Shown: one piece after another, positions 13,500 to 25,742 of the stretch
Position numbering within the stretch: the stretch's first letter is position 1
How the letters are laid out: each line of letters starts with the position of its first letter
Assembly: GCA_003971905.1 (NCBI GenBank)
Contig: RSEE01000015.1
Span: 372,001 to 436,000 of the forward strand
Length of the DNA stretch: 64,000 bases
DNA from: Moniliella sp. 'wahieum'
Lineage: Eukaryota
Direction of reading: 5' to 3'
Made by a program: the position numbers and the translations under genes
The notes under the pieces: generated by a model
What the model was told of the DNA's origin: nothing
Databases searched by the model: none
The model's input: the letters and a program-made list of their open reading frames with translations, nothing else

Positions 13500-14251
13500 A
13501 TGAAGCTCACCACTGTTGCCGCTGCCTCCCTCGCGCTCGCTGCGGGCGTCTCGGCGTTCGACATCACCTTCCCTTCCTCCGCCTCTGGTACGTCTCCTCC
13601 CCGCTCCGGCTACAGTGCATGCCTTGTCCCCCTCGAGTCGCCTCCAGTGCGGGGGGCTCTGCATCCACCCACACCCCTCCCTGCTCTCGCCCCTGCACGT
13701 CGGACTGATGCTAACTCGCGCACCCAGATGCCTACTGGGTCGCTTGCCAAAACAACACGCTCAAGTGGACGTACCAGCAAAACGACCCTCCTCTGTTTAG
13801 TGTGGCCCTGCTCAACTCGAACCAGCAGCAACTCATTGGCAACTACCAGATCGCCAACAGTCTCAACACCTCCGCTGGCGAGGCAGTGATTGCGCTGACC
13901 TGCATTCCGGCCGGCACCTACACTGCCATGTTTGTCAATGCGTCGCAGTACTCGCTGAACCACCCCCAGGTCTTTGCCAACAGCTCCACCTTCACCATCT
14001 CCCCCAACGGTACCGCCCCTGCGACCGCCACTGCTGTTCCCGAAGGCTCCTCGACCGGCACGGCCACCGTCGGCAGCTCCACGCTGACTGCTTCGCTATC
14101 CTCGTCGGGCGCCAGTGTCATCTCGGGCCAAGCCACTTCCTCGGCCTCGGCCTCTTCGGGATCGTCGTCCAAGTCGCCTGCTGGTACCGTGGTTGTCCCC
14201 CTGATGGCAGCTGTTGGTGCTGGCGCTTCGGCCATGTGGGCCCTGCTTTGA
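13500..14251 (+). CDS. Secreted Ser/Thr-rich, probably GPI-anchored cell-surface protein
   Basis: Signal peptide MKLTTVAAASLALAAGVSA; intron 13588-13727 keeps frame (DAYWVACQNNTLKWTYQQNDPPLFSVALLN); S/T-rich stalk; hydrophobic C-terminus VVVPLMAAVGAGASAMWALL. Confidence 0.85.
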
Positions 14252-14621
14252 GGGTCTCCCTCCTTCTCATACCCCGATCCTGATCCTGTGTCTGGCTCCT
14301 CTTCCCTTTCCCTCCTCCCTCTTCCTTCTTCTCTCCCCTGTCCCCCGTCCCCCGGGTTTGTAGGGGGATTGTCATGATTGTTCTTCCTCTTGACGGGCAT
14401 TTTTTTGGCTCACGTGTGTCCACGTTTGTTTGCTCTTACTAGCATACCTTGTTCGTATAGCCCCAACTTTTCCTTTCCTTTATTTCTGTTCTGTTCGGGT
14501 CGTCTTTCCTTTGTCTCGCTTGGGCGCGTATCTTAATGACGATCGACTGAGGCAACCGTTCGCTTGGTCGCCAGCCTTTCTTTTTTTTATGCCTCCCCGT
14601 CCATCATGGATGATTTGTTCG

Positions 14622-15377
14622 TCATCGTGCGCCGCCTGCAGCGGCCCCCAAAGACATAGGCAAAACGTAGGGTCGGGCATATTGGTATCTTGGCATCCAT
14701 CTACGCGGTTTGACGGTTAGAGAAGAGATGAACGGATACCCATTGCTGTCTTCGAGTGGTGCAATGGCAGAACGTCTTGGGTCTACAATTGGGCTCCAAA
14801 CAGAACGCTGTTCATAGACCTGCATACGGCGAGGGAGTGGAAAGACGAGGAAGAAGCTAGTATACTGTCCAATGAGTAACTAGTAATGAGGCCATGAAGT
14901 GCATCAGTCCTGGGGCCTGAGGAAAGATCATCGATCAGTGTGCGGGAAAGACGAACCGCATTGCTACTCCAAGCCTGATACGGATAAACTGTGGCTGCAT
15001 CAGCAACAAAATATCTCAGCAAGTGCACAGAAGAGCAAAACGATCGCCAAGCTCCCTACGATCCGTAGGAGTAGATTGGAAGGTTGGCCAGAGATCCACT
15101 CAAAGGGTCCAGGGACTACGTTCTCCATCAACAGCTCCCGAGTCGGAAAGATCATCAGATCTAGGATAGAGTTTAGTAAAGAACGTCGATTATATGTCCC
15201 TGACGGGGTAACCGGTAACCCGTGACCGTCACGGAGGGCCCGGAGCAGACTGGCAAATCGGCCTGATTCACGGTTTGCATCAAGGGTCCCAGGAGCGGCG
15301 CCAGCAATGCATTGTCTGATCGTGGTAAATAAAGGCGGTTTTGAGAGAGCGGCGACATGGTACACTTCAAACTGCAA
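14622..15377 (-). pseudogene. Possible fragmented orphan ORF or pseudogene
   Basis: Three overlapping minus-strand ORFs with protein-like composition (15000-15377, 14783-15028, 14622-14825). No family recognised. Confidence 0.22.
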
Positions 15378-18300
15378 AGCAATTTTTGTTCAGCTCGTAA
15401 TATAAGGAGCTTATTAGTGTCAGCCTGTCAGGCAATATATACTAGGTGTGGCGTTTTGGGGATTGATGGGCGTTGTCATATGCGGGGCGCCCGCTTTGGA
15501 CCGGAGCTGTAAATTCGGTCGGGGGGGGTCGCGGCACTGGAAAGCACACCTTGAAAGGCAGAAGAGTTGTGGCAGAAGCCGAAAGGGAAAAGTCACAGCT
15601 GTGTGGATCTCGGTCCATCATCAACTTCATTACCTTTGCAGGGTTGCGCAGATTAGAAATAGACGCAGTGGTACTGAGCTTATGTGTGGTCTATGGCCCG
15701 CACTCGTCGTGTGAAGGTAAACAGTAACGCCACTGGTATACGCAGAATGGGAAGGGGCGCTTTCATCACAGGTACCTCTGTTACCCACACGGGGCAAGTC
15801 TTCATATAGCCAAACAAGGATGGCAGTGTTATTACTTAGTGAGTGCCTCTGCACCATGAACAAAGCTGTACGCACCCACAGGCAGGACTGATATATACCT
15901 TTCCTTTCCCACCGCCATCATCCTCATCTCACCGTCCTCCTTTCACTCCTGTCGCCCCCCGCGCCAAGCCACTTCTACCACCCCATCCCTGCCATTGCCA
16001 TGACCATTGCGCTCGGCCCAGCCCCAGGAAAGGCGGATGAGCCTTCTGCTCCTTCCACCCCAAGTTCCACAACGGCACTTGAGGAGATAGGACAACTACT
16101 GCAAACGATGCTTGAATCTCAGGGTGCGCTCGAAGAACTCCTCTTCCTGATGCGCCCATCCAAAACACCAGGCAGGTTGTTGCCCCCCAACCGCGCTTGT
16201 TTCCGCCACGCGCATTATCAAGCCCAGAGGATGGTTGGGGCTGCGTGCATGCGTGTCGTACTTACGTGCGCGGCCCAAGACGCCTCGCCACGCGACAACC
16301 AAGCCCCACCGCGTCGGCGTAGGACGCGCGTTTGCACGCCCTTGGAGTTATACCCCGCCACCACAGTTTGCTCCGCCCAAGGCGTAGAAGGAACGCGCCT
16401 CGGTTGCTTTATCATACTATCCTTGTCTCCCCTTTCGTACATTTTTTCCCCTCGTCCCAATCGACGTCCCTCGTTCCCCTTTCCTCCATTTTCTCCTTTA
16501 TCTCTTCTCATCGCATTGCATACCTGATTGGCTTGACCATGCAGCCTGCCATTTTGTATCCCCCACCTGTCCATTCACCGTCACCTGCACCTGCGCCTGA
16601 TCCTTTGTTATGCGAGGAGTATTACGGAGGTGTTCGGAGGGGAGGTATGCTGCGGGGGCTACGAGAAGAGTAGGAAGTTACATAGCGGAGGGTCCCCAGA
16701 GCAGAGGGTGCGTCCCGGACGATAAAAAGTAAGTAATAGACGTGATGCCTACCACGCAGGACAGTGTGGCGGGGGCATCGCACCAACAGCTCTTTCGTCT
16801 GGGCCACATGGATCAGCCGGGCGAAAACGGATGGTTGGGTGGCGAGGAGCGGAAGGAGTTGGCTAGGCACCCTCTCCACACGGATCTATTATAGCCGCCT
16901 TATTCATCCAAGGAACTAGGGCATCATACCCATTGGCCGAAGAGAAGCGACGCAGCTCGAGTGGGATATGGACGATGGACAGCGGTCCAGCAAGTCCAGC
17001 TCCGGTATACACCTGGGTGGGAGGAGGCTGAGGCTACTTTCCAGCTGCTACCAGCCCGAGGCCTGAGGTGAGAAGACTTTGGCGTGGAAAAGCGTGTGCC
17101 TCGTCGTGGTAGAATGCGTGGGAAGGCGAGACGGAAGTGGCTGTCGCTGCAGGCTGTGGCAAGTGTGGGGAGTGGAAGTGGAGGAGGTGGAGGCGAGAGG
17201 GACAGATGGAAATGGCGAGCGGTGGGAGTGTAGCAAACAAATGGGAGCAGAGCATAGATAGATGGACAGCAGCTGCCTGGGATCATCTCGAACATCGATC
17301 ATCGTGCTTGGACGGAGAGGAAAATGTGGAGGGGAAAACTCAGTTGAGTACTCAGTCTGAGTACTCAGTTTGAGTATACTCATCGATCAAAGGGTGATTG
17401 TCATTAGTCCCGGCAGCGTTGTTTGGTGGTCGATGATCGATGATCGTGATGGATATTCGATGGAGGCGCTGAAGGATGGCGCATGGCATGATGATGATGC
17501 ATGATGGATGATGCAATGATGCCGCCCGGAGGCGTTGGGGTGCCGGAGGGGTGCCGGTGGGGCCGGGGGGGGGGCGTAGTGGTCCGGTGCGGAGCGGGTG
17601 TGAGGCCTGTGAGGGGTGCCTACCACGTGGTCTCAGCAACTGATCAGTACGTGGGGGTGAAACATTCGGTACATTGAAATTGAAATTGTTGACAGACGGG
17701 CCTGGACATGTGGCGCACGTATGCGTGCGCATGGCGCGCATGCTAGTGGGGGGTGCAGGATGGAGTCCGAGTGGAGATGCCAGATGGTGCGGACGTTCGG
17801 CCAGGCCAGGCCAGGCCTGTGTGTCGTGCGCCCGAGCCCGAGCACCAACAAAACCCGAGGCCTAAGGGAACGTGGGGCCTGGGAGGTGTGGGCTGGGCAC
17901 ACTCGGCAGGCTGGGGCGGGCGAGCGGCGAGGGGCGAGCGCTGGGGGCCGAACAGTGGTGGGGTGCGGGCAGGGCGGCAGCGCAGCTCACGTGAGGCTGC
18001 GGGAGGGTTAAGCGTTAAGCTAGTTAAGCGTTAAGAGTGACTAGTGGGTTGCAGTCGGTTTCAGCGGCGATACGCGATACGCATGGCAAGCCCTCCACAC
18101 TGGGCTGGTGCGGTGAGGCTCGTACAGCGTGGAGCCTGCGGGCTGCCCCGGCGCCGTCTGGGCATGAATATTCGCCCAAGGCCTCGTGCGCATCCGCCCC
18201 CTCCACAGTGCCCAGGAGCGGCAGGCGCGGCAGGCAGCAGGCAGCAGGCAGGCAGGGCAGGCCGACGGACGCAGCAGACAGCAGGCAGGAGCCCGCAGGC

Positions 18301-18705
18301 AGGATGTGTGATGTGTGCGTCAGATCGGTGATCACTGATCAGATCGATCACCGGGGTCGAATCATGAATCAGTAACTGCTAGCCACAGCAAAGCCAAGGC
18401 AGCCCGGCGCACTGGGGCACTGGGGCACTGGGGCACTGGGGCACTGGTGCCTGAGCAGCCGATGCGCTGCCTCTGAGGCACGGGGCATGGGGAACGAGGC
18501 ACGAGGCACTCTGCCAAGCACCGCACATAGCCGGCGGTGCTTTGCGCTGCCCAGCCCATCGGCACGCGCCCCTAAATGCCATCCGACAGGCTCCCTGCTC
18601 GGCTCGTGTCGCCACCACCACCGCTGCTGCCCTCGGCCTCTCCCGTCTTTTCTTCGTCTTCTCGGCCTCCTCCGCGCGCCCCTCGTCCCCACCCGCGTCC
18701 TCCCC

Positions 18706-20580
18706 ATGCTCTTCAAGCGCGCCTCGCGCTCCTCGCCCGACTTGCCCGTCGATGACTTGGTCACCACCCCTCATGAGGCCGACGCCCCCCGCCGCGACCC
18801 ACTCTACAAGCGCATGTTCCAAGTCGGCCAGCTCGGCGCCGTCTTTGCCAGTGGCAGCGCCCTCTTCTCAGATGGGTACGTCCCCCCTTGCCATCCCCCT
18901 CTGCCCCGTCGCCTGACTGCTGACGGTGCATTCTTTTCTTTTCCTCTCGTAAAGCTATGTGAACGCCGTGTCGGGTGCGACCAACACGGTCATTATAGTA
19001 TGTGCCCCCCCCCCCCCTCCCTCTCTCGCCTTCCCCTCCTGGACACAGCTGTTAGCTGACACAGGTACCCACCCAGACCTATCTCTACCCTGACGACCCG
19101 CGTGTCGCTAATTTCAGTCAACTCTTCTCGTCCCTCGCCTTTGCCGGCACCGTGCTGGGCATGCTTGTGTTTGGCGTGGCGGTCGACTTGACTGGGCGCA
19201 AGGGCGCTATGCTCTTTGCTTCGATCTGGCTTACCATTATATCCATCCTCTCTGCCGGCGCGTGGGGCGCAGGCGGCTCGCCCGCCTCGGGCAACCATGC
19301 GCTTGGCGGCTTGTTTGATGCCCTGATTGCGTACCGTTTCCTGATTGGTATTGGTATTGGAGCTGAGTACCCAGCAGGCTCAGTCGCTGCCTCGGAAAAC
19401 ACCGAGCAGGAAGGCGTCAAGAAGAACCGGCAACAAATGTACTTTTCCTTGGCAACCAACTGCGCCATTGACTTTGGCTTTGTCGTGGCGGCCTTTGTCC
19501 CGCTCATCATCCTTTGGATCGCTGGTGGGACCTCCCCCGGACAGCTGACCACCGTCTGGCGTGTTTCGCTCGGCTTGGGCGCCGTCCCTCCCTTGACTGT
19601 GCTCCTCTTCCGCTTCCAGATGAAGGAAACAGAGGCGTACACCAAGTATCACATCAAATGGTCCAAGCTGCCATGGTGGCTGATCATCAAGCGCTACGGA
19701 GTCCGCTTCACTGCGCTCTGCCTTGCATGGTGGTCGTACGACTGGGTCACCTACCCCACCGGTCTGTACATTAGCCAGATTCTCCTTTCTGTCGTCAAGC
19801 CCGGTCCGGATGGACAGCAAAGTCTGTACAAGGTCCTGGGATGGACCACACTCATCAATGTGTTTTATCTGCCTGGCACCCTGATTGGGGCCATGTTTGT
19901 GGTGGAGCGGCTGGGGCCCAAGAACTGCATGATCTTGGGCTTGGTCATGCAATCAGCCTTTGCGTTTGGCTTGGCCGGCGGGTACTCTTTCCTCCAAAAC
20001 CACATTGCCGGCTTCATCCTGGTGTTGGGTTGCTTCCTTGCCTTGGGCGAACTGGGTCCAGGGAACAACCTCGGTTTGCTCGCCTCCAAGGCGGTCGCCC
20101 CACGTGTGTCCGCGGTGTAGCATATGGTGTCGCTGCAGCGGTAGGCAAGGTACGCATTCTTTCAATCCTCTCTTCCCTTCTCCTCTCTCCAGCCGGTGCG
20201 ACATGATGAAAGTTGCTGACCAGGTGATATGGTTTGGGTTCCAGATCGGTGCGTTTGTAGGGTCGTATGTGTACCCCGACATCAAAAAGGCCATGGCCAA
20301 GTACAATCCCATTCTGAAGTACTCGGGTCCGTTCTACATTGCTGGTGGCTTGGCTCTGTTTAGCGCTGCGATCACCTATCTCTTTATCCCGCCCGTCGTA
20401 CAAGACGGGATGAAGAAGGAGGACGCAGCGTTTGTTGCCTATCTGCGCGAACACGGGTACGACCCCAAGGAACTGGGTCTGGAGGAGGAAGAGGTGTACG
20501 AAGTGCCGTCGCAAGATGACAAGAAAATGTCGGACGACGAAGCGGTTACCTCGGCTCGTCCCGTCCTGTCCTTTGAGTAG
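18706..20580 (+). CDS. MFS glycerophosphodiester/phosphate:H+ symporter (Git1-like)
   Basis: AVFASGSALFSDGY; AYRFLIGIGIGAEYPAGSVAASENTE; ATNCAIDFGFVVAAFVP; GELGPGNNLGLLASK. Introns near 18876-18953, 18998-19064 and 20150-20244. Confidence 0.88.
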
Positions 20581-21105
20581 AGATCGCTTCCCCGCCCTCA
20601 CTGCTCCCCCGCCCCCCTCCTTCTACTCCAGCGGGGCCCGCCTTGTCACTCCCCCTCCATTTACTTTCCCTCTTGGGTCAATCTTTTCATGTGTCCGATG
20701 TTACCTCTGCCCCTCTCTGCAGAATGCCTGTTTCTATCCTTTGCACGGTGGCGCGCTTCTGGGCAACCTATGATGAAAATCTTACGTTATGGGGACCAGG
20801 ACATGCTGGGAACATGAAGGGTAACTGTAGTTCAAGAAGAGGCATATCCGACGCTCAATGGCGAAGAATTGCGACGCGGGGGCTAGATCTCAACACGGTC
20901 AAGCGAGAACCCGCCCGAAAAGGCGAATAGGCAAAAGAGAGGGGGTGACGAGCCACGACGAGAGCGGTGTCAGTCGATTGGGAGAAAGGGATCAGTGGCA
21001 GAGCAAGAATCGAGCTAGAAATAGAAATAGAAAAACGGTTAGGCGTCTTGCTCCCTCTGTTGTTCTTGCTCTTGCTCTTGCTCTTGTTCTTCTTCTTGTT
21101 CTTCT

Positions 21106-23198
21106 TCATCCTTTCCCTCGGCTCATGACCCCCGTCCACGTCGAGCGTGGCGGCATAGTGGGACCACTGCCGCAGTTGGGGTCCATAGCGATGGAGAAGG
21201 ATAGGGATGGGCGCCATGGCCAACGCGATGAAACCCAGCACGGTAGCGCCCCACGCGACGGGGAAGTGACGCGGACCGTACCACTTGTGCATATTGTTAA
21301 ACAGTTGGCGCGAGACGAGCGGCAAAGCGCTTCCCACCGCCGCACGCGTCATCGTTGGCGGCAAACGTGCTGGCGATCCAGTTGGGGTAGGCTTGGGCTA
21401 GGTACCCAAACGAACTTTGAAAGATAAAGTAAATGGGCGGAGCTATTAAGCTGTCATGTGTTGGCCAGTGCACGACAGAAGAGAGCAGAGGTGGACAACG
21501 TCGAGGTCAGCAGGGGCGCTCATGACACAGTCATACCAAACGCAGCACAACGAAGCAAAGGGAACCGCAAACGTACACATAGGCAATGGTCGGAACAATC
21601 CAATGGATCTTGGGCGTGGCCGTCCAGGCAAAAAAGAAGAGGATCGCAGGCAGGGTAATGCCACCGAGGATAGAGAGGTCCAACCAGATCTCGGTGGGTG
21701 GAAAGCTGCCGCGGTGAAGGTAGCTCATAAAGGTAGGGATGAACCGACGCTCGTGCCAGATCCAGTAGAATCCATACGCAATCCAACAGGTAATGTTGAG
21801 GCAGAAAAATACCACTCCCAGTTCGCCTAGGTTGAAGCCATAGCCCTCGGGACGAGGCACAACGTACACCAAGGGCAAGCTCTCGAGAAAGACGTACATC
21901 AAGCATACACCAACGCAATGTGCATGTTCAACCCAATCACGATCGGCTGGGTCGTGCCGAGGATAAACGGACGAACCAACGTCTCGTACGCCTCTTCTTT
22001 GAACGTTTGCTTGTGCTTGAGCTCACACCGCGCGCGCAAATGCGGATTGCCCGTCAACTTGCGCAGTCGCTTGGCCCGACGGAGCAAAATGTTGTCGGCA
22101 AACGTTTCCGGGAGCGTAAACACGAGCAGGACCAACGTCGTGCCAGACAAGATGAGTAACGGCCAGATGGACCAGCGCCAACCCAACCGTTGCGATGCAA
22201 AGCCGCCAATCAGCGGGCCAGCCGTGGGACCCATCACCGCTCCCAACGACCAAAACCCAATCGCCAACGCGACCCGCGTAGGAGGCCAAATGTCCCCCAA
22301 GCTCGCCCCCCCCGTGGCAAGAGGCGGACCCCCAAGAAGCCCCCCAGGAAACGCAGGACAATCATCCCGGCGTAATTGTCGACGAGCGCCGTGGGGATCT
22401 GGAGGATGACAAAGATAGAGAGGCAAACGATGTAGGGTGGGTTGCGTCCGATCCAGGAAACTTCCGAAGCGGCCGTCAGACCAATCATCGGGCCTAGCTG
22501 TGGAGAGAGAAAGAGAGAGAGAGAAGGGTCAGTTTTCCCATTTCCATAGAGAGTCATATATTCTGGGGAAACGTGTACGAACCCCATAACCAATGATGAA
22601 GACGGTCAACCCCACATCACGGCCTCGAGCGAAACATGAAAGTACTCGGCCATCAACTCTCCGAAGCCGTGTAAATACCAGCCCCCATGTACACGCTAAA
22701 CGTCAGAATCGAGATGGCCAGGGTAAGCCACAGTTTGAGCAAATGCGACCAATTTTGCGGATTGTCCCCATCTTCCGGACCAAACCATTCTACGAGATAG
22801 GGGTCGCCGTCGGGTGCATCCATAGAAGGCGGGCCTTCGACCGCTCCTGGCGCGTTGATCACGGTTGAAAACGAAGTACGGCTGCCTTTCTCCTCCTCAG
22901 GTGATGGGGCCGACTTGAGGCGACTGGTTTTGTAGCCGAGACAGTAGCGGGCCGGGACGTGGCTCAAAGCATCCTCTGCTTCGTCGACGTACTTGAAAAA
23001 CTTGCCCTTGCTCGCCCATCGTACTACCTGGCCAAAGGTAGTCTCTTGGAACATGGAGGTATGCAGGCCCTGCAAGAAGAATGTCGACTCCTCTTTTTCC
23101 AAGGCTGGGTCCACGATGCGGTCCAGCACTTGGGCCTTATTGTTCTCTTCTTCGCCATTGGCAGCGGGGACAGAAACAGATGGAGTGTCGAACGTCAT
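21106..23198 (-). CDS. MFS drug:H+ antiporter, DHA1 family (Flr1/Caf5/Tpo1-like)
   Basis: VEWFGPEDGDNPQNWS, GGPPLATGGASLGDIW, GPTAGPLIGGF...WRWSIW, LPETFADNILLRRAKRLRKLTGN, PILLHRYGPQLRQWS. Several indels and introns. Confidence 0.9.
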
Positions 23199-25064
23199 GA
23201 CGAGATGGACGGGACGACGGAGGGAGTGTGGTTCGACCAAGATGGATCCAAACGAATCGAGAACAAGGGGTTTTATACTACACTGCTACTAATCGCTCTC
23301 GTCTTCTGTGTTTTGCCGCGGGATTTCCACACCAATTAAGGCCGTAAGAAAGTCCCTTGGCCTCACTCGTACCGCAGCGCCTCAGGCCGCGCATAGGTTC
23401 CCAGGGTGTTGCTCTTCCGAAGAACTGATAGCGTTTCCACACGAAAGGGAGTATGTGGACAGTGAGTGCATGGTGGAGGAGCACATAGCCGAAGAGATAT
23501 TCTAGCTTTATTGCCGAAAGTTTTCCGCGGCGTATATTATGTTGCTTTGCCAATCCCATTTTCGGCATGTATGTGGATTGCATGGCGTCAGATTTCACAC
23601 TGTTGTTTCGGGCGCAACACGACCCATGACTCCGGCCACACCAGGACAGATCAAAATAGTATTAAGGCGTTTTGCCGCGGAAAGGTTGGCGTACAAAAGG
23701 AGACCGCGACTCGATCAATCTTCATGTGTTTTTGTGCTTGTGGGACAATACCATCCTCATCTCAAAAGGGCCCAAATGCCACGGAAGTTTCCCGATACGT
23801 GGTATGTGTCGTGAGTCATGCGGAAGCGAGAATGAGCCATCGATGATCGATCATCCCCCGAGGGCGCGCGGGCGTCTTCCGCAGCATTCGTATCTGGCGA
23901 CGTGCTGGGTAGTAAGTACCAAAATTATAAGTGCACCGCGTCTATACCCCGAGAATCAGGCTGTGGGCCGTTTAGTGCCTGTAACTAGTAGAGAGAGGGC
24001 ATGCAGCATGGCACATTTCAGTATATAATTGGCGCGGGTCTGGAGCTTGGCATTGGCGTCTGTTGCTGCGGGTTCGCGTGTCGATACCGAAATACGCTCG
24101 GTTAGCTACACACTGGCCACACCACAAGCTCGCTGTGCTGCTATTCTCAAAGAGCTCTCCACCTATGTGTTGGAGTAAGAGCGAGAGAAGACCACGTTTA
24201 TGGTTCGCCGTGCAGAGCGGTAAGGAAGACAGCAACCAAGCTCCTTTTGCCACTTTCTCAAATGCCCGCAACAAGTCCCTTGAGGCTGGAAGATTGGACA
24301 GGTCAGTAGCCCAAGTCGATGCCTATAATCTGTTTGCCTGAGTGGGGCTCACTGCCCTCCCACTTGCCTCTCCGCCTGGCCTCTCTTCGGACGAGCACGG
24401 AATTAGCAACGAGGCAAATGGGGTCGATGGTCGATGCTGGTTGCTTTACCCCCTCGGTATGGGTGGGTATATCTCCGAGTTTCTGAGAACCTCATCTGTC
24501 TTCGGCGTCTTGATGAGACCCCTGACCGGTGACCCTGCTTACTGTTTTCTCTCCGTCCGCAGCAAGGAGAGGCACGTGGCATGGCCGGAGAGCGAGGGCT
24601 ACCGATTGAAGTGATGGCTGCGGGGGCAACCCGAGGAGTTGGAGGGGGTGAGGAGGAAGAGCAGACGGACGCACCACTTGCTTGTCGCCGACAGGCTCCT
24701 GTGCCGTGGAAACGCGCGTCGAACCCGACTGCCGCGGTGCAGCCACACCTTGTGTCCGGCTATGTCCGGTATCGACGTCATCTGGCGAGAGCGGCAGGGC
24801 GGCAGCCAGTCACCGATGGCCACCTCTCACCCACCACATATGTCCTTCAGACAATGCAGCAAGCGATGTTTGAACGTTCAACTCCGCAGCCGAGTAAGGC
24901 GGGGCGCCCCCCGAGGGCACGGACCTGGCCAGGGCCTTTGGCGGTGTTGCGGCGCGGAGCGATTCGGAGGCCTGATTAAGATGGGCCACTGGGCCTTCCC
25001 ATCCCCCATTCATGTTCATCCCCCCACATCCTCACCACCACCTGCCTCTTCCCTCCAGCCCGCC

Positions 25065-25520
25065 ATGTCTCTCTTTATGCGCAACCTGCCCATCGTCACG
25101 GCCTTCTTTGGCTCCACCGCCGTCTTTGCCGGCGCCTATGGCTCCCATGGCCTCGCCGGCAAGGTCACTGAGCGCCGTGCGTATCTGTTCTCCCCTGCCG
25201 CCTGCGCCCAGCGGACTGCTGACTCGTTATTAACCCTGGACGACAGGTCTCGCCATGTGGCGGACGGCGGTGCAGTACCAGCTGATTCACACGCTTGCTC
25301 TGGTGGGACTGACGTTTAGCGGCGTTGCGGCGCGCAGTCGGGCGGGCGAGGTGGCGACCGGTCTGTTTACCACTGGCATCCTCGGCTTTAGCTTTGGTAT
25401 CTACACCACCTCCTTCCTTACCCCGGGGGCAAGGCGGCTAAAATCATTGGCCCCATTACCCCCTTGGGCGGCATTTCGCTCATTGTCGCCTGGATCTCGC
25501 TGGGCTTTATCCAGTTGTAA
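25065..25520 (+). CDS. DUF423/TMEM256-family small membrane protein
   Basis: GAYGSHGL and WRTAVQYQLIHTLAL; GILGFSFGIY; reframed IGPITPLGG. Intron about 25178-25246. Confidence 0.85.
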
Positions 25521-25742
25521 GCCCTCCCTGGTCTGACTGGGTCACTATGTGCGGGCTTGGATCCTGGGGGGGGCGAGGAAATCCACCCAGCTCTAGCTCT
25601 TTCTTGCATTGCCCACTACTTTTTTTGCCTTAATCTATAAGACTGTTCACATGAACCACTGCAATCCATCAATTCGCTCACCAGGGTAGTCAGATCGGGG
25701 GGTAGCAGACAGGACAGAGGCAGGACAGAGGTGCGCAAGTCA

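Noticed and set aside
15900..17400. Short overlapping ORFs, considered as an antizyme-like frameshift gene or small proteins
   Set aside because: No antizyme domain or conserved shift site is recognisable.
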